Below are positions 13,505 through 25,500 of a stretch of 64,000 bases of DNA, piece by piece; the stretch's first letter is position 1, and each line of letters begins with the position of its first letter. Source of the DNA: Orbicella franksi. Taxonomy: Eukaryota. A program made the translations under genes and the position numbers. The notes beneath the pieces are model-generated. The model was not told where the DNA came from. It saw nothing but the letters and a program-made list of their open reading frames with translations, and did no database searches. The stretch is taken from assembly GCA_964199315.1 (NCBI GenBank), contig OZ116699.1:15128001-15192000 (forward strand). Direction: 5' to 3'.

Positions 13505-16500
13505 ATGGACGACTGGCGAGGCCAAAGAGGCAGAGGAAGTGGGGGTGGAAGAGGCCGTGGGAGGGGCGGTGGAAGAGGCCGCGGAAGAGGGGGTAGAAGG
13601 GGTCGTGGTGGCGGCGGAACTCCGAGAAACCAACCTGAGCTTAAGCTAGGATTCGGGGAACTTCAAGCCCTTGAAACCAAAACTTCGGACGAAATAATCC
13701 TCCACTTAACATCGAGTCGATGTTTCCCAGCCACAGAGTATTTATTAAAACAGCAGTCAGTAATGGAAGATCACTGGATTGTCTTGATCGTTAGCATTGT
13801 TACGAAAGCCTGTGACTGCAGCTCTAAGGAGGACCTGTTAAAGCTACTCAACCTGTTACGAGGGTCGTCGTTTCTCAATTTGCAACTCAGACCATATTTA
13901 AACATGCTATCTGCTAACAGCTTACCTCCTTGTGACGTCGCAGTGTTTTTGAAAAATGTTGTCAAGATAATGAGCGAATTGCTCCGAAGATTCCCGAGCT
14001 GTTATGCTGATCTTCCGGTGCCCGACCTGTACTGTGGAACAAAAAGGCTGTCTGACACGAGACAGTTGGTTGATGGTGCCCTCGTCACAGAGGTAGATGA
14101 ACTAATGAAATTGAGATCCGAGAAGGCCGAGGAGCGGAAGAGAAAGGAAGATGAAGAACGTCAGAAAAGAAGGCAGCCTCGCAGAGATGGTGAGATAGAT
14201 AAGAAACATTTCCATTCTTTGTATTTCTCATCTATTCGTGCAGTGATGAAATATCTCTGTACTTTTTAGCTGAGATGAACGATGATGTTGATCCACCCGA
14301 TAGTTTCCGCTGTCTCTCTGTTGTTCCAACTCAGGAAGACATCTTGTCTGAAGGACGGCCCTTTCTCAGAAGGAACAAAATTGATGGGAGCTACAACGAT
14401 GCGGAACATTATTTGGACGTACAATTTCGACTCCTTCGTGAAGACTTTGTGCGGCCCCTCCGTGAGGGGATCGCGCAGTTGCTGGAGCGTATGGGGTCCA
14501 CTAGGATTGGTGCACTACAGTCCTTACAAGACATACGTGTGTACAGTAATGTTCGGTTGTTGTATCCTGTATGTACCTCCAACGGCATCCGCTACCGGAT
14601 CAAGTTTGACAACTCCAGACTCAGGCATGTAAGCTGGGAGAACAGCAAACGGCTCATCTTCGGCTCACTGATTTGTTTGTCCAAGGACAACTTTAATAGT
14701 TTTGTCCTTGCCACTGTGGCCGATCGAGAGCTGTGGGACATAAGCTGCGTAAGTTCTGAACATTATTCATTTTGATGAAGGTTTGTTTAGCATTTAGTGG
14801 GTGATCATTGCAGGCCCTCTCTCCCCTACAGAAGGCTTCTTTTGTTTTCTCTTGAAAGCGCTCGAGGATATGCAAGTAGTAGTAACTGGCGAACGAGCCC
14901 CAAGAGAAATCGTCAGCTACGCAGATTGATATGCAAGAAAAGGGTGGAAAGGTTGGAGAGAGGCGGCAGATTTCCTTCCTCATGACGACGGTGTGTTCCC
15001 GATCAATAGTGACATCTTTACGAAATAAGTTATACCGGTCTTTAACACGAGTGAAGAGGACCGAGTTGTTCGAAAAGCAGATTAACACTAATCCAGAGTA
15101 AAAAGTCAGCAAGGCTCAGGGCTGTGCACTACGTGTACATCTGCGTCTGCAAACGCCTGCAATTTGCTTTTGTCCACACGAGTTAATTCGACGATCTTTT
15201 ACGCATAATCAACACGCAGGTAGCCAGGTGGGTTCAACTGGACCCTGAAAAGTTAGAAACCTTGAATGAGAATCAAACTAAATCAATGTTTTTCCTGGAT
15301 TACCTTAATCCTGCTTTGAGAAATAAAGAAATTTCAAAACTTTACGTTTCTTTGCGAACGGCAAAATTTCCACTTGGAGTTCGTCTTAAATGATCACTAA
15401 GGGAGCAGTTTTGTGAATTTTCTAAACGTTTTTTTGTCTTTTCTTCTGAAAATGACAATGCAACTTTTGTTAGCTCTTACTACCCTATCTGCTTACTATG
15501 TGGGTGTAAAATAGTGGCAATTGTTCCTGTCTAGGGAATACTGAACATTCAGGTTATACGTCTATACGATCAAGTAAGACTTGAAGAAGGTGACGTGTAC
15601 CAGATGGTGGAGAGTATTGCCTTCTTTGAAACTTATCGTCATGTGCTGGAGGGCCTGAAAGAAATTGATCCAGCAGAACTGCCCTTCCAGGTGACATATC
15701 AATGCCATTTTTATAACCAATTTCCCGCAGTACATTATTCGGTCGTTTATTTACATTGAGCCTCCTTATGTGTATTGAGGTAAGAGATTGTACGAATCAA
15801 TCGTTGATGATCTACACAGTTGAAAACATTGTGATTTTGTTGGCCTTCGTATCCATCACGCGTTCCCTGAACAAAACCCTGGTGCACCATCGCACAACTA
15901 GAGCCGTTAGTCACACAGGTTAAAAGGAACAGCTAGTGTTTATTTTTCATTTTTTACTATGTATTGTGCAAAGTGCCTTTGATCATCATGCGTGAACCTT
16001 TCGCTTTACTAATTTCAACTATTATTAGAAATTGCTCTGAAATCTACTTGGATTTATAAAGAAAACGCTCCTCCAACCCTGATTTAACATCCGTATGATG
16101 TGGTTCTATCAAAACAGAAGTACATTGTAAATTGCCAGAAAGAAGTGGAACCTCCTGCCTATGTAAACCAACACGGGACCTTTGATCTGACACCCATCAT
16201 GAAGAATCCACACCGGACCCCCACTGCTAGGTATAACAAGCAAAAATTGAAGAAATTGTGATTGACTATATTGTGCTCTTGGACATGCTGTACATGTTGA
16301 CATGTCTAGCAAGATATATATCTACCTCATTCAATGCAGCACAGCTGGCGAAATATCCGTGTGTATGAGGTGGACATATATCTTACTAGACATCTTATTA
16401 GTAGCTGGTGTTTAGGCTTTCATAGTGCGGAACGAGCCGCGAAGACCATGCCGCGAGAAGAATGTCACGGCTTCGCTCACGTTCCGCGACACGAAACCCC

Positions 16501-19500
16501 ACTGAAAAAGCACACCAAAACCGCCAGCTACGCAGGTTATGTCGCTTTATATTTCTACGATTCTTACGAAATTGCTGTGATCGTTGTTATCGCTCTGGCA
16601 AAATATTGAGTGATCCTTACGACTGGCAGTTTCCATATGATATACAATAAAAAATGTCGGAGAGGACTCGGATAAAATAAGAACGCACTGCATTCTGGTA
16701 TATTTGTCATCGCAGCTATTGCTACAATCTCTCGAGAGTGGTTTCCATATGATCGCAACGTTGACTTCAGTTTCTACAATCGTTGAGGTAGATCTGAGGT
16801 TTGTCTCAGTGAACGTTATCCATGATCGCTCGTTTAAGAGTAGTTCCCATTTGCATGGCAACGATCGCTGTTTTTTTTTTCCCTCAATGATAGAAGCGAT
16901 CAAAAGGAAGCCAGCCTACGCGTTAATGGTTTTGTTCAATTCTTTCTATAGCACTGCAACACCGCTACAAAGGCTGAAACTACGGCGTTCACTCGGCTTG
17001 GGCATTAGAGACGCGGTTGGAAAAGGTAATTTTAAGTTTTAGCGTGTGTTGAATGTTATATGTCCTTCACCATTAGAGTCGATTTACTCTCAGATTAAAA
17101 GTCACAAAAATGGCCCTACTCCTAAAATACTGGGCGTTGTCCTCGAGATCACCTTCTTCAATGATTTGTTTCTGATCTCTTCAGCTAACACCGCTAACAC
17201 TTTATTTCTATCGAAGGAAAAAATATTCCACTCCTGAACCTAGCCTCCTGGCCGTCTGCGGAAGATCTGGGTCTAGATGACTCTCAGTTCAAAGCGCTTC
17301 AGATGGCGCTGACCAAAGAATTCGCTGTCATTCAAGGACCGCCGGGGACTGGAAAGACGTACATTGGTTTGAAGGTAGATTGACTCTATGGATCCTTTTT
17401 GTAACTTTGCCAGTTTTGGAGTAGCTGTTGGAGAAAGATGATCATATGTTCTTTAAAACTTGGCATGTTAGCAAAACGAAGACAGGACGAATAGTTAATA
17501 ACAAACAGATGAGTCTGCGGGAGAGAGAGAGAAAAAAATTACCATAATAATAATAATAACAATACAAAATGTTAGTAAAGAAAAAGTTTTTCACTGCCAA
17601 CGTTTTCATTCAAGGCTGGCTTTAAATCACGAATTAACAATGTTTCCTTAATTTTACAATGTATATCTGACCTACCAGTTGCTAAGATATCAAAATTGGT
17701 TATCCCCGTGGTATCATCACGTACAACATGAACGATGTAGTGAATAGACATCAAAACAAACCTAAAGACCCTATCACTACAGTTCCCAAGAGAGAAATCT
17801 TCATTGTTTTACCATTTTTAGGGTTCCAAAGTAAAGTAATTACCCGGCAACTTAAATCTTGTATTTATAAGTTTTATGGTTGTTTAACGTTAAAATAATT
17901 TTCCGAAACACCCGCCGAATTAAGTCTTTTTTCCCGTACAGGACAGGTTCAGCCGTTCTCAGATGTCTAAGGTGGTTTACAAGGCAAGCTGCTGGGACTG
18001 TGATGATTTTTATATAGGAAAAACAAAGCGTCGACTACACGATAGAAAAACTGAACATTTTAAGGCCCTTGCTAAAAGCAGTCACACCTCAGCCATTGCG
18101 GATCACGTTACTTCCACGGGTCATAATATTAAATGGGACAATTTTGATATCTTAGCAACTGGTAGGTCAGATATACATTGTAAAATTAAGGAAACATTGT
18201 TAATTCGTGATTTAAAGCCAGCCTTGAATGAAAACGTTGGCAGTGAAAAACTTTTTCTTTACTAACATTTTGTATTGTTATTATTATTATGGTATTATTT
18301 TTTCTCTCTCCCGCAGACTCATCTGTTTGTTATTAACTATTAGTCTTGTTACATATTATTAGATACCAGTCTGTTTCTTTTTCTTCGCGTTTAAATTAAG
18401 ACAGGACGAATTCTTTTCTTGCAGATTGCCAATGTTATATTGCATAACAAGGAGAAGTGGGACAGCGGTAGAGCGTTTCGACTTAACACCTATCTGTATG
18501 GCCACCGAGTCTCTTCTGGGCATCGCTCAATCCTTGTTGTCTGCTACACAAACCACGCCCTTGATCAGTTTCTGGAAGGAATCCATCAGTTCCATCCCGA
18601 CGGAATTGTGCGAGTTGGAGGGAGGAGTCAGAGTGAGACTATGAAACAGTGCAGTCTGTCGGAATTGAAACACAAAATGTATCAGGTGAGGTTCACCAGC
18701 AAATTTTGATAACGTTCACTCCAGCGATCGTACCAAACAAGAATTCACTGAGAATGGAGAAATCACGATCAATTCCTGAAAAACAGAGTCGTTAGTTCCA
18801 TTATGGATTGTAGTCCTTTACGCCATCCTTGTCCCAAGCTCTGAACATTTGGTTGGAAAGACTCTTATCGGAAAAGTTGCTAATTAGACCTGGAACAATT
18901 CAACCGGGTTACTTCTCGTTCCAGCTAACAGGAGCCTCCGTTTGCTCGCTAACTTTGTTTGCTAAAACGTGCACTCGTTTCGAAAACAAAAATTTTGTTC
19001 AACCGTCTTGAGACTGAAATGCGCTGAAGTTTTGCGACAGTGTGGTCTTCAGTTTGAGGTTCTTTTGTGTTTTAGTTTCCTTTGTATGCGTCCAAGATTA
19101 TACATATTTTCACAACTGTGTCTACATGTTGTCCATTTTATACCACGGGTACCTTTTTCACTGCTACTTTTGTTCTTTAAAACTTGCGATAGCGTTCTAA
19201 GCTGTAGTACAATCGTTGAAGGCAGCTGAAGTTGGTCGGTCGGTTAAGATAAATATTGCAATATTTCAATTTCCGTAGGGATATGCGAAATATGCACGAA
19301 AATATAGAAATAGGTTTGCTTGTTTTTCGCAACCGTGGTGGGTAATGAATTTGGTAATTTGAAGAAGACCCTCCAAAGGTAGTGGTTGTTAACCAAGAGC
19401 AACATACCATTGTTGCCCGTTTTCTTGTCTCCATATCAAGGATTCAAATCGATACGAACCAACGGATGTTTTGTAGAGCTAAAATGCTAAGTTTGATTTT

Positions 19501-22500
19501 CATCCGTTTTGAGAGTTCGGTTGTCAGTCAACCTGTATGTATCCTCCTCCCAACGCGTGTGGCACGGAACGCGCACTCACTAAAGGGCCGGATATCGAGT
19601 CTACTACAACACTTGACATGCAGCTCTCGGTAAAACTCAAAACATGCAACGCCATTTCCAGTTTTTGCTGCAGCAAAGTTTGTGAGGATTTGAAGGGAAA
19701 ATGTGCAACACTTTTGTAAGAAAACGTTGTAAAACGAATAGTGGTAAATCAAATCACAAGCCGATAAACAAGGTGGATAAAAATTATTTTTTTCTATGTA
19801 TATGTGGGGACAAGATCATAATCTCTTATGGGGGAGTAAAACGTTACTTCTCCAGTGACTGTCTTCACTTCTGGCTTGAAAGTAGAAGAGTTCTAAACTT
19901 CATAATAAGCGTTAGTTTAGGCTGAAACCGTGCGTGCGCAGTGGGTTTAATTGTTGTGAACTAAAACAAATATTAAATTGTCCACTAACCAGCCATAGCA
20001 GACATTGTTCACAAGTAACCCTATGATGACAAGGAAAATAAGCATTCGATTTTTATTTATGAAATTACCTCGGGTATTGAAAAGAGTTTTTCTGTTTCGC
20101 TAATGAAAAGTAGTTTTCAATCATTACAGCATGGGTCGATTCCTGTTTATTTCATATATATATAATAACATTTTTCCAACTGTTTGCTCGACAGGACAAA
20201 AACGTTCCCGATGACATCAGATCTGCCATTAGCGACGCTCGTGCGAAAATGGACATCACCCAGTCAAAAGTGGACGATGCATCTTACAGGTTACGGAGAT
20301 GTCGCGAAGACGTACTTGATGAAGACGAGTTGCGTGACCACGCTCGAAGCATGACGACCGCTCATTACGAGTCTTTGAAGCAGCCATTTGTTGAAATAGC
20401 TGAAAATAACGAGAGCTGTATCATGCACTGGTTGCAGCTGTCCATGGACTTGGCAAATCCCAACCAAGGAGGTAATGAACAGTTATAGATGCAGGTGAAA
20501 ATAAACGCTCCTTTGTTGTTCTTGAAGAATGATTGAACATCGCAGTTATATAAACAACTTAAGCAGTTGTGAAATTAAAGCCTGAAAAAAATTCAGGCTT
20601 TAACGGAATTCGAACCCATGACCTTAGCGATACCGGTACACTGCTCTACCAACTGAGCTATCAAGCCAACTGGGAGATGGTCACATTGTGAGTTCGAAAT
20701 ATACCCGTAGATGGTGAAGAATGCAAGTGAATATATGAAAGATCATATATTTGAACTGCGGAGAAAGGTATGAAGACATGCCGGATTGATCATCGCAGTT
20801 ATACACACTTTTTTCCGGCTTTAATTTCACAACTGCTTAATTTGTGTGTATAACTGCGATGATCAATCATGTCTTCATATCTTTCTCCGCTGTTCAATGA
20901 TGATCTTTCATATATTCACATGCATTTGTTGTTCCTGTTACTAGAACTTAGTATCCAGCCTTTCTCAGACGTAGTCATCCCTATCACAGTCGAGTCCAGG
21001 GTCCAAAAAATGAGCTGCTACATCTATCTTTCTGATCTTTGGATTTCCCGAGAAGCCGCTTGAAGAGAAATCGTTATTAGTGGAGGATGCTTTTAATATG
21101 CGAAGTCTGCATTTTGATTCTACAGTCCAACCTCCCGTAAGCGACCACCCAAAATGTCAAGCCTTGGTAGCCGTTTAAGGGAGGTGGTCGCTTACAAGAT
21201 CTTAGACCATATTGGGTCAAAATTTTGCCTTATTAGCATATGGTGACTGCAGAGACTTACCCCATGTTTGAAATGTCTTATTCATGTAAAAAGTACATTT
21301 CGTGAAAAACCCCGGTACTTCCTATTAGGAAATTTCAGTCTCTTGTACTATCGAGGAATGCGATAATGTTACAACACGTTATTATCTGCTTTCCGCTCTA
21401 TTATGTTGAGAGTAAATGTAAAATGTGTGACCATCAGAGATCACATTTAAAAATTTTAAAATGCATGCGTAAATTTTGGTGTCCCTTAGAAAGGGCGAAA
21501 ACAAATACATTAACAGGAACGCAACTTTTTTAGCGCTACTGCGCGCCCTTGGTGATTGTAGCGAAGGGGATATAACTTAAACATAGAGGAACATTGCACT
21601 AATACACAGAAGTATATACAACTGATCATGAGTGGGAATTTTTAATGAGACGGCAATAACTAATATGAATTGGTATTAATCAAGGGGGAGAAAATACGGG
21701 AGAAGAAGCGGAAGCGGAAGTGAAAGAGGAAGAAACAGCAAAGGAAGATGACGATAACGATCAGAATCCGGATGTGCGGTACGAAGCTGACGTCATTCAG
21801 GATCAAAGAATTCTAGACGATGACGACGATGATGATGATGTTGACTTTGAGCACAGTTCGAAGCCAGCTAGGAAAAAGGAGGAACTGGGCGCTGAGGATC
21901 CTTCCGATATTAGCAGGAAAAGCGAGGATGGATGGAAAATTCAGAATTTTTATCGACTGATGAAGAAGATAAAAAGGATCACGATTCACGAAGTGAGCAA
22001 AAAAGATGTCATGCCAGATGAGAGAGCAAAAATGGTAAGCAACTAAAAGCAAGGCTCTGACTATGAGAGAAAAAAGGAAAATTGCAAATAATTTATCAAC
22101 CTACCTATAGGTGATTATGAGATCTATGATTATTAAATCTATGTTAACAGAATCTCAAAATTTGAATTAGAAAAGAAATGGAAAAAGCTCTGGAATTAGG
22201 GTACGAGGAAAACTAAAGCAATTCAATTAGAGATTACTTACTCCTTTTAATATATGTGATTGACCGAACTGTATTGCCATCAATACCGTTATAACAGTTA
22301 ATTTGACCATTATTTCCCCTCACACACTGCAGGTCACGGATGTTTGGAGTTTGAGCCTTGAAGACCGCTGGAGTCTGTACCGGCGATGGCTGATGGATGT
22401 TCGCCAACACTACCGTCGCACCATATCCAACCATCAGTATGAATTTAATTGGGATGTCATGCGACTGAAGGAAGAAAAAGAAAAGTTAGACCTGAACATA

Positions 22501-25500
22501 CTTATTGGTTCCGATGTAATTGGGATGACCACGACTGGTAAGAAATTTAAAAAGTTACAATTGAAAGGAAAAAAATGAATAAAGCAACTTGACATATACT
22601 CTGATATATATTTTTTCATGTCTACATCCTTAATTGTTGTGAATTGTAATTTAGCCGGGCGTTGTAAAAATATTCTAAATAGTGCGAGATAAAAATCTGA
22701 AATCTAGTGGAAATCTTCTAATTGTACACAGCTTCAACGTTCTGTTTCGTAAACAAAAACAGTTTCCTAAGTCTTTCGGTTCTCAGGCTGTGCTGTAAAT
22801 GAAAGGCCCATCAGATTATGGCGCGACGCAGAAACATATTCTTCTTTCGCTATCGTCGAAATGGCAAGATTTAGCTCCTTACATAAAACAGGTGTTTTTT
22901 TGTTAACTTCCATCAGAAGAGTAATCAATAGCCTTTTCGCGGATATCCGTCATAATTTAGTTTTCCCTTCTTACTTATATCAAATCATTCTTTTAAATGT
23001 AGGCGCTGCCAAGTATCGCAAGCTTTTGCAACAACTGCGACCGCAAATTATGATTGTGGAAGAAGCCGCTGAAGTACTGGAGTCCCACATTGTGACATCG
23101 TTAACTCCTGGATGTCAGCACGTGATTCTGATTGGTGATCATCAACAACTCCGTCCCAATCCCACAGTCTACGACCTCGCCAAACACTACAACTTGGACG
23201 TGTCGTTATTCGAGAGAATGGTGAAGAATGGGATGCCATTTACAAGACTGCGTTTACAGCATCGCATGCGACCTGAAATCTCCAAAATGCTGGAGCACAT
23301 TTACTTTGATCCAAAGTTGGAAAATCACGAATCGGTGCTGAATTTTGACAACATTAAGGGCGTGGCTCGTAATGTATTTTTTGTGGACCATGAAGAAACT
23401 GAGGTAGGTACCCGAGCACGTATTGTCTCTATGAATAGGTTATATTTCTATTCTTGGTATTAGACTGGAACCAGCTAGCCTAGCAACTGAGACTAATGCA
23501 GGGAGTCTTTTCTAATACGAATGACAGACATTAATCTTTTTTTAAATAATATCCCCACGCACGAGCCTCCGTTGCTACAATCCTGGCCAAACAAAAGTCC
23601 TTGGGACACTTGACAAAATAATAATTCAATTTTCCTACCCCATCCCCTCCCCCCAAGCAATGTTGGAATAGTTGGTCTACTTTGGATAAATCAATCAACA
23701 TCAACATTGTACTGGGGAGAGGGAGTGGGGGTAGGTTGACACTGAGAAAGATCATATGTTGGCAAAAGTGCAAAGTGTCCCAAGGCTTTTGACCAGGATG
23801 ATAGTATGTAATTTTCGATGGTTTGACAAGCGGGCTCGTGTTCTGGTTGAGTGATATAAACTTGCGAGTGTATTTATCAACAAACAAAGGGGAGCCCTTC
23901 AACTCACGAAATCTGTTACAATTGTTTTTTCATGAGAAAATAGAACAAGCATGCCAGCTTGCTGCCTTAGTCGTGTTTCGTAATTTGCACTCAAGTAAGA
24001 CTAAGAACAAAATTCGCTCAGATAGTTTTTTTTTGTAACAAGTGGCACCTTCATATACAGTTCTGGTTGATCGTCTAGCATAGGTACTGAAAGTAAATAT
24101 TGAATAAAATTGGTAAAACAGTTCCTCTTGTTTTCGCCAACCCCTTGTTGTGTTCTTTCATTTTGGGATAACTGCTGGTAACAAACTACGTTTACTTTTT
24201 ATGAAAAACATTACAGGCAACACGAAGCCAGATTCATAACCGCTTTCTGTCGCATTACCCTACTTAAGCAATTGCCATCCCTATTTCCTTTCCTTTTTGT
24301 CTCTTAATTCTCCAATGCAGGATCGTACCCCAGAAGGAAAGAGCAGGTCAAATGAACACGAAGCTAAATTCCTGGCCGCCCTTTGTCGCTACTTCATCCT
24401 TCAGGGTTACAAAAGAAAACAAATTACAGTCTTAACAGCTTACGTTGGCCAGTTAACACAGCTCAAAAAGGAACTTGTGCCTAAAGATTTCTTTAGCGGA
24501 GTTCGAGTCTGCGCAGTGGACAATTTCCAAGGCGAAGAAAGTGACATCATTCTTCTGTCACTTGTTCGAAGTAATGAAGAAGGCAAAATCGGTTTCCTCC
24601 AGATAGAAAACCGGGTTTGCGTGGCGCTCTCACGCGCTAAGAAAGGGTTTTTCTGCATCGGAAACATCAGCCTATTGGAGGCAAAGAGTACACTGTGGAG
24701 CAAAATAATCAAAGACATGCGAGAGCGCGGGAATGTGGGAAAAGCATTAACGCTCACGTGCCAAAACCACCCGCAAAACGTGAGCGACGGGTCATGTGCT
24801 GATGACTTCAAGACTTGGGCACCAGACGGAGGCTGCACCGTGCCATGTGCCAAGCTACTCAAGTGCGGTCACGTGTGTGAGATGTTTTGTCATCCGACAG
24901 ACCCAGAGCACGAGGACTACGACTGTAAAAAGCCATGCACCAAGAAAAAGGCGCACTGCCCACTGATTCAGAAGTATTCCGGGAAATACTACCAAGCATG
25001 TGGGCCTTGTATGAAAAGGTTTAGAGAGAACCATTTTCAGGGTGGTCCTTGCTACATCTGCAAGAATCAGTCTACATCGATGTGCTCCCGTGTGTGCTTA
25101 AAAAGATGGCCTTGTGGACATGAAAACGAGACGGAATGTCACGTGGATCCACTTCTTACTCCATGTAAGGCACCTTGTGGTGTGACATTAAAGTGTGGAC
25201 ACCCTTGTGCCGGTAAGTCTTTCAGGAACACAGTCACATCTATGAACTTTCGGATCAGGGTATCGGGAGGTCAAACTCCAAGAAGTGAAGTAACAGTATA
25301 ATAATTCAATCCAGTGCTTCTCTTCTAGTTCAAATTAAAGTTTGTTTCAAAACGAGCTTGTATTCCTAGCTGTGAATAAAACCAGAAAATTTTAATCCTA
25401 CTTCGTCTCAGGGGCGGATTTGGGGAAGGGGTGGATGGGGTGGCTAGCCATCTCACTCGTGGTGCAGCGGAAATGAAACAAAACAAAAAAATGAAGATTG

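Noticed and set aside
17505-17535. cagatgag..gaaa as a hammerhead ribozyme near the Penelope element
   Set aside because: The core is not CTGANGA, there are no supporting stems, and it lies in the antisense copy.
20596-20667. tRNA gene
   Set aside because: A and B boxes are present, but the acceptor stem is imperfect and it is embedded in a repeated SINE-like body.
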